This document shows, one piece after another, positions 21,251-36,200 of a stretch of 64,000 nucleotides of DNA. The translations under genes and the position numbers were made by a program. The notes under the pieces are model-generated. The model was not told the origin of the DNA, searched no databases, and saw only the letters and a program-made list of their open reading frames with translations. The stretch is from Enoplolaimus lenunculus (taxonomy: Eukaryota): contig JASANG010003005.1 in assembly GCA_030248215.1 (NCBI GenBank), positions 124,001-188,000 of the forward strand, read 5' to 3'. Positions within the stretch are counted from its first letter, which is position 1. Every line of letters starts with the position of its first letter.

Positions 21251-24200
21251 ATGTCATTGCTGACTGATTTCGACAAAAGAAAGCAAATTAGTGTTCGCGG
21301 TATTGCACAGGTAGACATATTTTGTAAAAAACATAGGTTTTCGGATGAGGGATGTGCGGTCTCGGTATCGCCAAGTTTCAGTATGTTGCAGGTCATGGAT
21401 TCGTTTTCTGAGTCTTGATAGGTTTCATATAGAGACCGAAGAAAAAAGAAGTTTCCATTTTTCTGCTTGACGTTCACAATAAACTGATGTCTATTGCATT
21501 GGTTGATTTTTAGATATGAATTTTTCGCTTTTTTATCAATCATTGTTATTATATTGCACCATAATTTTTAAAAAACTCGTTATATATTTCTGGTTTCCGC
21601 AAATCATAATATTTGTTTCCCTCAGTACGGTATATAAACTTAATAATAATGCTGTACGAAAATTTGTTTGTTTATACTTATCTTTTGAAAATAAATTCTT
21701 TTCAGTAGCGGTGTTTTACATACCAACCAACTGAATTGCAAACAAAACCACATGTTATGTAGTAGGACGACACATCAAAGTGTAATTAATTATGTTATTT
21801 TTGTGCCATTGTTCGCAAGTGCGGAATAAAATAAAAATTGAAATTTTGCGATGGTTTCTTAGCTTAATATTATTTATTGATCAGCATTTTTGTTCTGAGC
21901 TGAGCAGATATAATATTGTATTACGCTTAAACAAGGAAGAGATACGAAATTGCATTAAAAGCGTTCGTGGAATTCTCGGTCTCGATAGTTGGATCTCGGT
22001 TTCAGGGCTCGAGTTTTGACTGAGATAGCACATCCCTGTTTCAAATACTGTTCTGGTATATAATCCCTATTTTTGATAAGAAAACGGAAAATTCTGTTTC
22101 GTGAATTGCGTATTACTTCCCGAATTTCGCATTGGTTACTTATAATAACGCTATATTGTTTAATCATTAATCGTCTTCCTCTAAGCACATAATTGTAATT
22201 GTACTCAGTGCAGTTCTCAGCTTGGTTCGATTGTAAGTATGGTGGTGTATACTGCTGCGTGAACATGTGTTTTAGGTTGAAAATGTCTCGAACATTAAGA
22301 AGACTTTTAACCGCTACTTGCATTTTTCGCAAATTAAAGATCGTAATGTAGCTACCGCTCGTGATTATTATTATGCTTTGGCGGAAACAGTGAGGGACCA
22401 CCTAGTTTCACGCTGGATTCGAACGCAGCAACATTACTATGATAATGATCCAAAGGTTGGCTTCTGTTTTGTTTAGAAAGTATATAAAATATACCAACCA
22501 CTTACGTAGTATATGTTTGCAGTGCGTTGACTAGATATGTGCGTATGTATGTAGTTATAGCGATGTCTATTGACCATATTGAAAAAACTTTGCTAATATA
22601 TTACTGATCCTGATCTACAGTTACTCAATTAAGATTTGAATGTTTGGTAGCTCATTAAATTCGTTTAAAGAAGCGATGCTATCGACAGCTGTTGTTGAGA
22701 TAGCCATCATTGATTTCTATTGGTGTATACAATAAGATGCATTTTTGTATTTTATGATTTGCATCATTGGACTTTCTTGGTATTAAAGTTAGAAAGATTC
22801 GGGTACTCATATTTGTTACTGATGCTTGCTGTTGTTATCGATATGTGAGGCAACATTGTGTTGAACAAACGTGTTGAATGATGAACGTGCACTATGAATG
22901 TGTAACGTATGTATGCAACAATATAACGCGACGGTTTTATTTCTGCTGACAGAACTGGTTAATATTAAGCAGGATTTTACTCAAGTTAATTGAAAATTAA
23001 CGCCTTATGCGGATGTCAAAATGTGTTGATGTCCGACCAATCTGTCTTAAGATATTGTAGTTTAATATGAAGTGTTTTGATATTCGGACGGAGCTGTATA
23101 ATTGACAAATAATTGCATGTTTGAAAAACTTTATCTTCTGTAATTGTGTTGGGGTATAATTGTTTTCTGCGCAAAATGTGTATATAACCTAGTTCAATAC
23201 TGTCATCATCGGCTTTTGGCTCTAGTCACCTGATCAAACATCGTAAAGGTCTGAAACAAAACGTTCAAATACGTATGTTTTTTGAAAATTGCACTGTTTT
23301 AAATTCAAGTATTTGTTTTGTACGTGAAGGGTCATAATTGGCTTTATTTGTGGTTGGCGGTGTGCTAAACTTTTTGTCAGTTTTGCTATCTACGTTTTTT
23401 AAGTATATATATACATATTATGTATTTTATCGTTCCTAGTTATGCTGAAAAGACGTATGTAAATGCTTATGAATTTAAACAAGTCTTTGTAATCGTTGCT
23501 GTCAATAAAATTAAAAATTGTTAATACTGAAGACATACAGGTGTATATATAGCAGAAATACAGCAAATTATGTATAAACAGGGTTTCAGCTCGTACTAGA
23601 TTTTGCTCGCACAGAAACGGGAACATGAATTGTTTTTTTGCCGGAACAGGAACAGGAACTCGAATTAAAATATTTTTCAACGCCAAATTACTGTTTTAAT
23701 TTTTACTGAACTAGCTAAAATCATGCGTTAAGCGAGTTTTTTTCACGGTTTTTTCTTTGTTTTTATCATTTAACAAAATCAGTCATCAAAACGATTTGCT
23801 ACTGCGTAAACGAAATATACTGTGTTAGAGATTGCTAAAGGTTCTTTGAATCGATGCCATTGTGAACCCTAATTTTTTTCAGCCGTTGTGGTGTATCACG
23901 TTGCTTTGAATTTTTTATTACTTAGATATGCAAAGTTCTTCAGAAAGTTCAAATTTACATATGATTTAACGTAACATTCAATTCGGTTGTTAATCTGAGA
24001 CAGCATAATTTACTGGACTGGAACGCCAACATTTCGGCTAACACAGAGTCATGTTGATTACAGTTGTTAATCCGAGAGCGACTTATTTACTCAACTCGAG
24101 TCCTAACATTTTGGTTAACGCGAAGTTGCCAATGTTAAAACCTGTATTCGGTGTATTAATTGCATTTTAGTTTAACAGAAATCATCTTTTTTATTGTGTA

Positions 24201-27200
24201 TTGTATTTAGCGTGTTTACTACTTGTCACTCGAGTTTTTGATGGGTCGAACGTTGGCAAATACAATGACAAACCTTGGGATACAGGCAACGTGCGATGAA
24301 GCAATGTATCAGGTGTGTATAACGCTAGTTAACTTAAATGAATTTGTTGTTCAAAGCAGAGTTAATTTTTTCAAGATTCGGCGTGAGGTTTTTGGTGGGG
24401 TTTTTTTAATTTCAGTGGGTGTTTTCAAATACGTTCGATTACGTATGTATCATACGTATAATATACATGCTTATCAGAGTTTGACCGGATACCAATAACT
24501 GACGAAGCCACAGCAGGATAATCTAATATCCGGCCGGAGCTGTAGCCGGAGCCGGGTAATGAATTCAAATCTATACCTCGGTCTGATTCTTGGCAAGTCT
24601 CGGTATTTGGCAGGTTTGGGTTTCTTGAATCTCAGTGGTTTCTAGAAGTCGAGCATTCAGCAAATGTTGAATGACCTACGTATAAAAAGCAGAAGTTAAA
24701 TATTGTTGAAGCAAGTAATTTTTGGTGAATAAAATATCGCTAGGAATGTATGAATTTTCATAGTTTCGCAACAATTATTAGCAGAGATTCTGAAAACACA
24801 TAAAAACTGAAAAAACGAAAAAAAACTACGAAAAATGCATTAGAAATAATTTATTTTGAAAATTTAATTTTTTGGGTGATGACAAAACATTGATTGAGAC
24901 CAAGACCGAGACTGAGGCTTTTCATGGCCGGTCTCCGCTCATCCCTGGCTCGGATTAAGGCAATCATTTTTGGTTAGGCTCATGCTTAGTTATAAACCCA
25001 TTTTTTGCGGAAGTTTTGGCTTATGCTGAGATATATTATGCGCCCCTGAAATAACACTCGTCATCTATATCTGATTTTCTAGCGTTATTGTAACCCACTC
25101 AAGATTGTGAACGTATATGGTCACATGCAAACATTTACATTACATATGTGAAAGAATAAATATGTAGCAGTAAGTCAATTAGTTCGATGGTACTTAGCGT
25201 AAATACAAATGATGGTATAAATTTTTTAAAGTGTTCTAAAAATAATATCCGGCTAGTTAAAATACCGGAACTGGATGTCGATTTTTTACCGGAGCCGCAA
25301 TCGGATATCCGGTCGCACCCTGTACGTTTACATATACATATAAAACGTAGGCTCGGGAACAAGTCATAACTGCTGTATAAAGTGAACTAATGTCCTGTGT
25401 AAGCTGTTGGTGGTTTAACAATTATTGTAGTGCTTTTTTTAATTAATGAATATATTTTTGACTACCCGTTATACCCATCTCGCAGGCTGAAAACATGCTG
25501 ATAATTTTGCGGCAGGGACAGAGCTTACTCTTGATATTGTGAAATTAATGTTTTAAAAAAGGCCCTTTTCTGCATACAGTATATCATTCGCTAAGCCACT
25601 ATTTACCTACAAACCGCGTACGAGCAAAGTGACAATTATTAAACGTATCTTCTGCAGCACAAAATCTCCACAAGACATGAGAGTCTTTCGGAATCTAGCG
25701 TTAAGCTGTATATGAAAGTTGCGATGACAAAGGCCTCCCAGCACGCAACACAACAAGGTAGCAAAATATTACGCATATTTGTCTGAGTTTGAATTTGATT
25801 TAAGTTTCAGAATTCAGTAAAATTATGTTCTCAGAAAAACACTTGGAAGTCTTGGTTGTGTTTCTGGCGGGTTTTTTGAATGTCGCTGGGAGTTTGTGAA
25901 AAATCTGGGTGAAAACCCTCCATTTCACCCAAAAAACAATGGTTCAAAAAATTTGCACATTTGCCCGTTGTTATGGTGGGCCAACTCATGTCGTGTGGCA
26001 GATGGTGGCAGACTACGCCTGACGGCAATAAAATGTTCAAAAAGTATAGCGCCACCCTTAGGGTTGAGCAAGGCGCCGCGTGAGAAGTATAGCACAACCT
26101 TCAGTTTATAAGTTGTTGACCATTACACTCACTGCCAGAGTTATTTTTTGTTGTATTTGCGTTACACCCTGTACCTAATGTGCCTTCCTATATCGTAGTT
26201 TAGAAATATATTAAAATTCACGAGAAATTGCTGTAATAAAAAATTAAAAAACTTCGTACTTTTTTGAGTTTTTTACACGACAAACTGCCGTAGATGTCGA
26301 TGGTTTCATATTTTATGTCGTGATATAACGATATACGGAATGCTTTCGTAAAAATTATGATGGGTTGGTTTTGTCGTGTCTGGGACGCAGGTTTTTGCCG
26401 TCCCCACGTGGACCGAAGGGTGGGTTGTAAGCGCGGTACTGTTTAAAAGCATTTGGTCAGAACGGGATTTTTCATTTTACAGCTTGGTCTCGATATTGAA
26501 GAGCTTCAAGAAATTGAAGAAGACGCAGCACTTGGGAACGGTGGTCTAGGCCGACTTGCTGCATGTTTTTTGGATTCGATGGCAACGCTAGGAATGGCTG
26601 CTGTGGGCTACGGCTTAAGATACGAATACGGACTGTTTGCGCAAAGGATTCGCGATGGTTGGCAGGTTAGTGGTTGGGTTTTCGAGTTGAGATCACAACG
26701 TCTGTACGCCCTACATGACGTGAATATTAAGGTGCGACCAGATACCATAAAATACCGGACTAGAAGGCAGGAGTCGGATAGTAAAGTATCCGGCCAGAGC
26801 CGTGTGCCTGAGTATGCTATCAAATATTTCAATAAAAGTATATAAAATTTGGTCACGTAGCGGTTCATATTATTTATTGTTTTGTTTCTACTGTTGTTTT
26901 CGTATCAACTATGCTCCCTGACATGCTTAGTTCTTCCATATCGAACAAAAGTCGTGATATTCTATTTTTTGATCATAAATTATACTGTAATGCAGAATTA
27001 CTGGGGTTCGCTACTACGGGAATGAGATGGGCCTTCCCTTCTTCCAAAGCCTCTCTGTCAAGCCCGATTTGCCCCCGGTTTATGCCTTCCACTCGAAATT
27101 CTACTCCCCAGTTAAGTATTTTTAGCCTTGTAAAAATATAAACAGTAATTTTGGCGGTAAAAATTAACCCCTCATTATTTTCAGCCCGGTTTCCAACCAG

Positions 27201-30200
27201 TTCTCTCGATTAAAGCCCCGCCGCTCCGTCGAGAAGCGAATGCCCAGAGTTATGGCATAATTCACAGCGATAAATATCCGGTAACTTATAATACTGGAGC
27301 TAGAACTGGATTGTGGGTTTCTCAAATACGACATGATCATGAATTACTCCTATTACGCGTTGTTTATTTCTAGGTTGAAGAACCTGATAACTGGCTTCGC
27401 TATAGCAATCCTTATGAAAAAGCGCGTCCTGAATATATGTTACCGGTTAATTTCTACGGTTCGGTTTCGTACGGCGACAGCGGGAAAGCTACATGGAAGG
27501 ATACTCAAGTATAATGCTACATACATATGCTTAAATGATAGTCGAAAAATACCACTTGCAGGGTGCAGTCGGAATTCCGATTAGTATTCCGATTCAAAAC
27601 GAGTTCCGAGTCCGATTCCGATTGCACAATCAATCGGAGTTCGAATTTCTGCATTTTAATTTTAGGCCTACTTGTTGTGATATGTTGTATAAATATTCTG
27701 CATCATTTATCTATTAAATTGTTTTCGACATGCTAACTTCTCAATGATTGATTGTAGTTTAGCTTTACGGAGCCAAAAATCATTGCCAGTTTGTTCATGC
27801 GACGTCTTTGAGAATTATTGCCAGCCAAAAGTGTAAATACAAATTATCCACATAGCCGCAAATTTTGTAGTTCCGTTTCCGATTCCGGTATAAATTTGCT
27901 GTTCCGATTCCGGTATAATCCAGTTCCGCTTTGCACACTGACCACATGTGTTTTTTAAATGTCTTGTCTGTAATCAGTCTTAATATTTAAAACAGCGAGG
28001 TCTACACGGATAACAATATTTTTTGATATGACGCGAACTAATAGATTCAAGTGTATAAGTAAAGCAAGTGTATAAGTAAAGCGAAAATAACGGTCAAATT
28101 TTTTGAAAAATTATATTTAAACTACAAATGACTGATTAAATTAGCTTTCGTTAGCATCTAGCAATTGCTGTATAATTTGTTTACGAATTACGAAAATTTT
28201 GTTGCGTTCATCTCCGTTGTGTTTTCAGACTGTTTTTGCAATGCCGTATGATACACCGATTCCTGGATATCAGAACAATTACGTTAATACGCTTCGATTA
28301 TGGTCTGCAAAGGCATCAAATAATTTTGATTTACAATATTGTGAGTATTGCCTGTCTGGAGTAAAATTGTGTTAGTATAAAGCTTTCACTGCTGCCTGGT
28401 TACTAGCAATTAAGATACTGTGGTTACTAGCAATTAAGATACTGTGGTTACTAGCAATTAAGATACTGTGGTTATGCGCTTTCAAGGCTATACCGGAACT
28501 TTAAATGAAATTGTTTTGTTTGATAAAACAAACTCAGAATTATAGTTTTCGAATAGGTGTGTAAGGTTTAGCAAGTCTACGTTAATTTTTGTATCAATTT
28601 GGTCATCGTTCAAGACAACTTTTGCATGTATATTTGTTTTAAATGAATGTTACATAACAGTCACTATGTCTTTGATAAGTTACAGTATTGATAAGGTACT
28701 TATTTCTGGGTTTAATCATGTCTTTTTGTGTTTTAGTCAATGAAGGTGATTATATTCAAGCCGTTCTCGATCGAAATATGGCAGAAAATATAACAAGAGT
28801 ACTATACCCAAATGATAACGTAAGTCAGATCACGTTGATCAAAATTTGAAGTAAGTTTAGTTAGCATACGTAGCTATCATTATGCAAACGATGAAATGTA
28901 CTTGGGGTATAAAAGAAAACGGTTGTACCTTTATACATATAACTCGCTGGTAATAAAATTGATGTGAACAATGATTTAAAGCGCGCAGTGGGGCTCTATT
29001 TATTTTATCAACATTTTGATATTCGTTTCATATAGTACTGCCCTAATGAAAGCTCGAAGCTGTGGATCCTTAGAGTATAATATTTTATCCACGTAAAAGA
29101 AAATTATTCTGAATTTGGTAAACAAAAGTTATGTGCTTCACAAATTCTTGTACGCGTTGCTGTTATCAGATGTTCGAGGGTAAAGAGCTACGATTGAAGC
29201 AGGAATACTTTATGGTTGCTGCTACATTGACGGACATTGTGCGACGTTTCAAATCAGTTAAATACGGAGGCAAGTCACTGCCGCGAAAGGATTTGAAGTT
29301 ATTCCCAAATAAGGTGACGTGTGTAAAAGCTTTTTTCGGTATTTTTTGTCATGGCGTTTTCGAGATCAAATCAACTTTGAAACGAGGCATATCACCATCT
29401 GTGTAATGGTCAAGGAAAGTCGTATAAAAAGGAAGGCTTGTGTGAGGTCACCAGTGTTTCATAGTCCGTATTCATGGCTCAATCACATGTTTCAGTTATT
29501 AAATAAAAGCCAGAAATCAATGTCACAAAAAATTTACACTTTTACAGTTTTTCTAGGTAGCTATTCAACTCAATGATACACATCCCTCGATCGCTGTGCC
29601 TGAACTGATGCGAATACTGGTCGATATTGAAGGAATTCCGTGGGAAGAGGTATCTGCGTGTTTGTGAAGTTACCTAATACTCAAGTATTAATGTATTTTT
29701 AGCATGGTGGCACCGAGTCCACGATTTGACGGAATCCGAACAGATTGCCAAATTGCCGAATCGGAATGTTGTATGTTGCAAATTTCAGTTGTATTTATAG
29801 TTTGTTTCAGAATATCAAGGTAGTTTAATCGTTAATATATTTCGTGCCGGACGTCAATTTTGAGATTTGTGACCTGAAACAAATTTTTTTTATTAATATA
29901 TAACAAGTTAAATTTTTTATTGCTTAAAACTGAAAAAAACACATTGCCGAACATTATTGAATTCGGCTTTTTCGCAACCGAATCCCAATCCAAACCGCAA
30001 ATTTGTACCGAATCCGAATCTTAACCTTTGTTACCACCATAATTTTTCGTAGTAAAATTTTTACGTTAGAAGATTTAGAATTGCTTGGTGGCGGGTTTTG
30101 TTTCGGTGTATAGAGATACACGCAGTTATATATACTGCTAGTGCTAAGCTTGCATATCCGTGACTGTGTAACACACTGAGTAAGTTTCTGTGTTACTGAA

Positions 30201-33200
30201 AGCACTGACGATGGTCATTACGAGAGCGTACAACAAAGAAAATTCTGAAACTTTGCTAAATACTGAAAATTCGCAGCTTGTAATGAATATACAGTAATAA
30301 GTATCATCAGGAGACGAGTTGTCGTTTCTCGACATCGCGTTCCATCAGTTTCAAGTATGTGTATTGCTGTTTTAAGCGGTAAATATTGTGAGCTTTTATT
30401 ATTTCAGGCCTGGGATATAACGACCAAAACGTTTGCATACACAAATCATACTGTGCTGCCTGAAGCGTTGGAGCGATGGCCGGTTTCACTTCTGCAACAT
30501 CTATTACCACGGCATCTGGATATTATATACAAGATTAACCATCATTTTATGGAGGTAATCGACTTACCCCTCGAATTAAACGTACTACTGGTTTTAAAAT
30601 TAACACAAATTAGTCCTTGATTGTAAAGAAGTTGGTTTTGAATTTTACGCAAATTAGAACAAAACCTTAAATAGAAAATTGGTTTAAACCAGCATGTACT
30701 AAATGCCATGCTAGAGGTAAACGACTGGCCAATTCCAGTTGTTTAAATTTGTAGTATTAAAGCGCGTAAGTCAAAGAAAACATTCTGGTTTTTATAATCA
30801 AATTAATTTTCTGATTGCTTGTTTGGAACGGAACAGGCTGGCGTTAAATTTTACACAAGTTAAGCTAGCCAATAAATACAATTTGATTTTAACGAGCGAG
30901 TTTAACTCTATTGCGTTCAAATCAAAGATTATGCCAATTCTAAAGCTACCCAATTCACAGTCGATAGGTAAGCGGTAATTGTTTAAGAATGAGTTACAAA
31001 AGGATAAAGTATGTGTATAGGGGTTTACGAGATTAAATACTGATATAACGTGAGAATTATTATTATTAAATATCGTGGTATTATTTTACAGTTTATTGCT
31101 GATCGGTATCCTGGTGACTTTGACCGAATGCGTCGAATGTCATTGGTTGAAGAAGAAGGTGAAAAACGAATCAACATGGCTCATTTAGCAATTGTTGGTT
31201 CCCACGCGGTCAACGGAGTTGCCGCATTGCATACAGAAATCATAAAAAATACATTGTAAGTTTTAACACAAAACATGTCATATTTTTGTCATTTTTATAT
31301 AAGTTTTCAGTTAAACATAACAGCTGCTTCGTTTAATATTGGCTATGCTCGCACGACGGCTCATATTCTCCAATGCGTATAATATTTATTAGCCGTTAGC
31401 GATGTTAGCGTTAAGTTTTCAAACGGATAAACGCTCGGAGATGTGTATCTGAAACAGCTTTAGACTCTATTGTTCAAGAATCACGAATATTTGCGAGATT
31501 AATTATTGTTGAAAGTTTTGAATGTACAATTGAATTGAACTGCATTGGCGTGTTTATTTAATGTTATTTTATTTTCTTTTGCATAGGTTCAAAGATTTCT
31601 TCGAAATATGGCCTGAGAAATTTCAAAACAAAACCAATGGTATCACTCCTCGACGATGGCTACTTTTATCGAATCCTACACTTTCGGATATTATTGTTGA
31701 TGCAAGTTATCGCAAAAGTTTTTTTAAAAACTTTTTGATCATGTGACTTCGATTTTGTTGTTTAGCCAAAAAAATGAATTTTTGTGATATTTTGAAATTA
31801 TAAATTTCCTATTTTGTTCTGTCTTTGCGTTTACTCAGTACAGCTGGTTTTCAGCAGCCTTAAACGAAGGACATAATTTCTGTGAAATACATTAATTTCA
31901 TAAGTGATTGTAGAGAATTGGAGAAGGATGGATTACGGAGTTGTCGCAATTGGCTCAATTGAAAACCATGGTCAATGACAAAGGTTTGCTAGATGCGATA
32001 CATCGAGTTAAACAAGTACGTATTGTATTTCTTTGTTGTTTTTTTGTAGTTTAAACTTAAGTTTTTTCGTATAATTAGACTGTGTATGGTAATAAATATT
32101 TTGGTTTAGGTAATGTTAAACGGTGTTTTCTTGTTTGAAACTTAAGCCATATTCAGACGTGCAAGTTTTTGTTGTGAGAACTTGCAGCTGCAAATTGCAC
32201 GCAGAACTTGCATTTTTTCATCAGCCAATAAGATAGCGGCTGCAATAAATTCAGTGAACTTGTATGGTTATTTACACGTGAACTAAATTCGAAACTATGA
32301 TTTTTAATGAATTATTTTCTGCTGCAAGTTTTTTGAATTTGATTTTAGGCAAAACTTGCAAGTGCAAGTTGTAGCTGCAAGTTCTCACAGAAAAAACTTA
32401 CACGTCTGATTAGGGCTTAAGTGATTAGGGCTTAACTTGGGGCCAAAGCACTGTTTTATGAGATGCATAGAAAAAATGAATTTGAACTGTGGTGGTTAAC
32501 ATTGTTGATGGCAACGTTGAATTGGGAAGAGTAGGATGATGGCACCAGCTTGGCTCTTATGGGAGGCTCAGGTTGTATAGTGAAGTCCACGTTTAGATTA
32601 ACTAAGGGTAAAAAGACAAGCTGCAGTTTTCAATTTTCCCAAATATTTCGCATTCTTTGTCATCGTCAACAATAGGTAATGCACAATGCACAGTTTCGAC
32701 TTTACTACTTCAATTTGATAAGATAGGTAACGTTGTTTATTTTCATAATCTAAATATTGCTTTGCATACTTTTCAAGATTTACTATGATTTTAGGACAAT
32801 AAACAGCGGGTTGCTGAATGGTTGACCAAAGCGTACAATGTTAAAGTTAATCCAGGCAGCATGTTTGACGTTCAGGTTAGTTGATCGTGAGATTATTTGT
32901 CTGCTTTAAACATTTATTGTGCTACCGTGTTATAACGATGAAAGCGTAAAATATAAATCTAAACGAATTTTGCCAGTTGCAAGGACTTCGTATTATAAGT
33001 TTCCTTGTGAAGCTTGTTTGCTACCTTCATTAATTGATTATTATTGAATTGTGAATTCAATGCGTCGTAGAAAAATTTAGCTATAGGATGAATAGTTGAT
33101 TTGGTTTAATTATTATTGTGTTGCATTACTAGTCTTGTGAACTTCTAGGTGAAACGTATTCATGAATACAAAAGGCAGCTACTCAATTGTCTCCATATCA

Positions 33201-36200
33201 TTACGATGTATAATCGAATCAAAGCGAATCCATCTGGTCCATTTGTGCCAAGAACCGTGTTATTTGGAGGCAAGGTAAAATATGCCGTAGCAACGTTTTA
33301 TTTATGTCAACTTATTGGAAGTTGTAGTTATCAGACTGTTGATAATATGTAGTATCGGAAACCGTCAAGGTTGGGTTTTGCATTATCATTTAGAAGGTCG
33401 CGAATAGAACAATTTTTCATACCTATATAGTTAGAATCATCCAAATATAGAAATCTGATTTTAAAACTTCATTATTATAATTTTTGTGATAAAATGAAGA
33501 ATTATGACTTACTAATTTTGCGCAATGCGCAAACGTTAGCGAATGCACAAACGTTTTCATGCTGATCGTACGCATGTTGGGCGTTCCAGCTTATGAAGAG
33601 TGCAAGTTTCTAATGCTTGCGTAAAGTGTTGAATTTATGGGTTAAACTTAAAATATTATAGGCTGCTCCTGGTTATCATAATGCGAAACTGATTATAAAG
33701 TTAATAAATTCAGTTGCAAAGTTGGTGAATAATGATCCGATTATTGGCGATAAGCTGAAGGTGTGTTTTTAAGATTATTTTTGAAATTGATAATGATTTT
33801 TTCTAATTTATGCAGGAGTAGGGAGTGATGTTTTTGTGGTAACACAAGAAGTGTGTGATTTTAAATTATTATTTCAACAAATACGGCTTTTAGTAGCAGT
33901 AGCTGCGGGCCAGTGTTAAACTTACAATCGGAGACAGAATTAAAAGCATTCGCTGTCGCGTTCCAAACCGCGGCTCTGACCACGATTTTTCGTTTGTTAC
34001 ACGCAGTCGTATACAAACGCGATTTGAACTGCTCGTGGTTGCTGCGATTATAATCGCGACTGCACCCGCGATTGAATACTATTAATTGTTCAATGATATC
34101 AACGCTGTTGCAATCGCGGTTTAAAACGAAACGCAACTGGTCGATAAAGAATAATCAAACAAAAAGTATAATACTACGGCCGGAGACAAAGTCGTGGTTA
34201 CTGCGCACTTATTTCTATCCGTGAATGTGTACTTAAAATATAAAGATTTGGTTAATCATTGAAGCCAAAGGAAGTTATTTTTGTATTATAAATTTTCAAA
34301 AGGTATTTGATGACTTCTCGTCTTCAAGGTTTGTAACCTTGCACAAAAATAACATGCAATATAATGTTATTTCAATGTTAGAATTATAAAATATTTACCA
34401 TGTATTCATTTTAGGTTATATTTATGGAAAATTATCGTGTGAGCCTGGCCGAAAAAGTTATTCCTTCTGCGGATTTGAGCGAACAGATTTCAACCGCTGG
34501 CACTGAAGCTTCAGGAACGGGAAATATGAAATTTATGGTTAGTTCTTTTTTGCGTTTATTTTAGATAAACAGCTTTCAAGCTGAAAGATAATAATATGGC
34601 ACATAACGAATAACAAAACTGGAAGTAATCGCACCTGTTTGGTGTGTTGACTGTAGCCGAATGTTTTTGGTGTTTGATTTGGAGTTCTCTTGATATTGTT
34701 TTACTGTGTTTTTAAGCTGAACGGAGCGTTGACAATTGGAACTTTGGACGGTGCTAATGTTGAAATGCGAGAGGAAATGGGTGTAGACAACATATTCATT
34801 TTCGGCATGACGGTGCAACAAGTTGAAGATTTGAAAGCGAAAGGGTAAAAGGCTTCGTAGTGCAAAATAGTTACGTATAAGTTATTACGTTTGTGTTTTT
34901 TGAAAAATTTTTACCCTCAAATTTTTTAATTATCGTAATTTTTTGTCGCTTGAAAGTACAAACACTGTAGTTTGATCCGGGTGCGAGTGTTACTTGTCTC
35001 GATGCAGCTGGATCGTATTCTGCTTGTGTGTGGCTATCACATTGTTTAGAAAAAAATCCGCAGTATATATTATACGATATTTTGAAATATTAATAGTGGA
35101 ATGTGCTGTAAAATTTAACATCGTGATAAAGCTTATTGTTGCATTTTGTTTCAATGTTTCATGTAAATATATTTGTGATGTCTGATGTATATATCAGGGT
35201 GCAACCGGAACTCCGGTTCCGGCATTTTTTCACCTTCCGGTTCCGGTAAATTTTTACCGGATTTAAAAATTCCGGTGTTATAATTTGGCCGTTTTCTTAA
35301 CTTTGCTAATAAGAATCTCTTTTGAAAGCCACTTGTACTCCGAATATAAGCCATTGATGGTGGATTTCACTTCAGTCGATGATGAAAATCTAAAATACAA
35401 CAAATAAAATAAATACCTATGTTCGACTAAAAAATAAGATTAAAATGAAATTTTTGGTGAAATGCATTTTTCACTTTCCGGTTCCGGTAAAATTTTCAAA
35501 TTCCGGTTCCGGATAAATTGTAATTCCGGTTGCACCCTGGTATATATTTTTGATGTTTGATGTGAATATATTTTTCTTTAGTTACGACTCGAGTGAATTT
35601 ATTCAAAAAAGTGCAGAATTACGCAAATGCATCGAACAAATCGAGTCAGGATTTTTCAGCCCAACACAGCCGGATTTGTTTAAGGATATTGCAAATATCC
35701 TACGATATCACGATCGGTAGGAATTTTTGCGTGGTTCCGATATTTTGTAATTCCGTCAATTGAGTCACTTGGCAGCGGTATTAAAATAATTAACGTGCGC
35801 TTTCGTAGAGATTTTGATCATGATCAGACTTTGATCATGATCAGACTTTCATTGGATATAAATTCCAATTGTGCATGGTGATTTTAAGTATTTCAGTTTG
35901 AGTGAAATCGGTATTTTAAATTTTGAATTTGCATACTTTTAGTTGCTGTTGTGTTATATTTTACGATGTTGTGGATTTTTTTATAATCGTTTTCTGCTTT
36001 GAAGAAGACTAACATACAATATCCTGTACCTAAACCATTGCATCGGCTCACACAAGTTAATTCCAGTTTGAACATTTACAGTGGTAGTCAACAGGTGTTC
36101 GTCTAGTTGAAGCGGTTGTATTCATAATTTTAGCAAGTTCGTACTATTGCAATAAATATGTGCCGAATTACATACAATTGTAATGCTATGTCAGACGTTG

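Noticed and set aside
22395..22430. B-box-like GTTCGAATCC on the minus strand
   Set aside because: It falls within phosphorylase exon 2 (RWIRT codons) and is coincidental.
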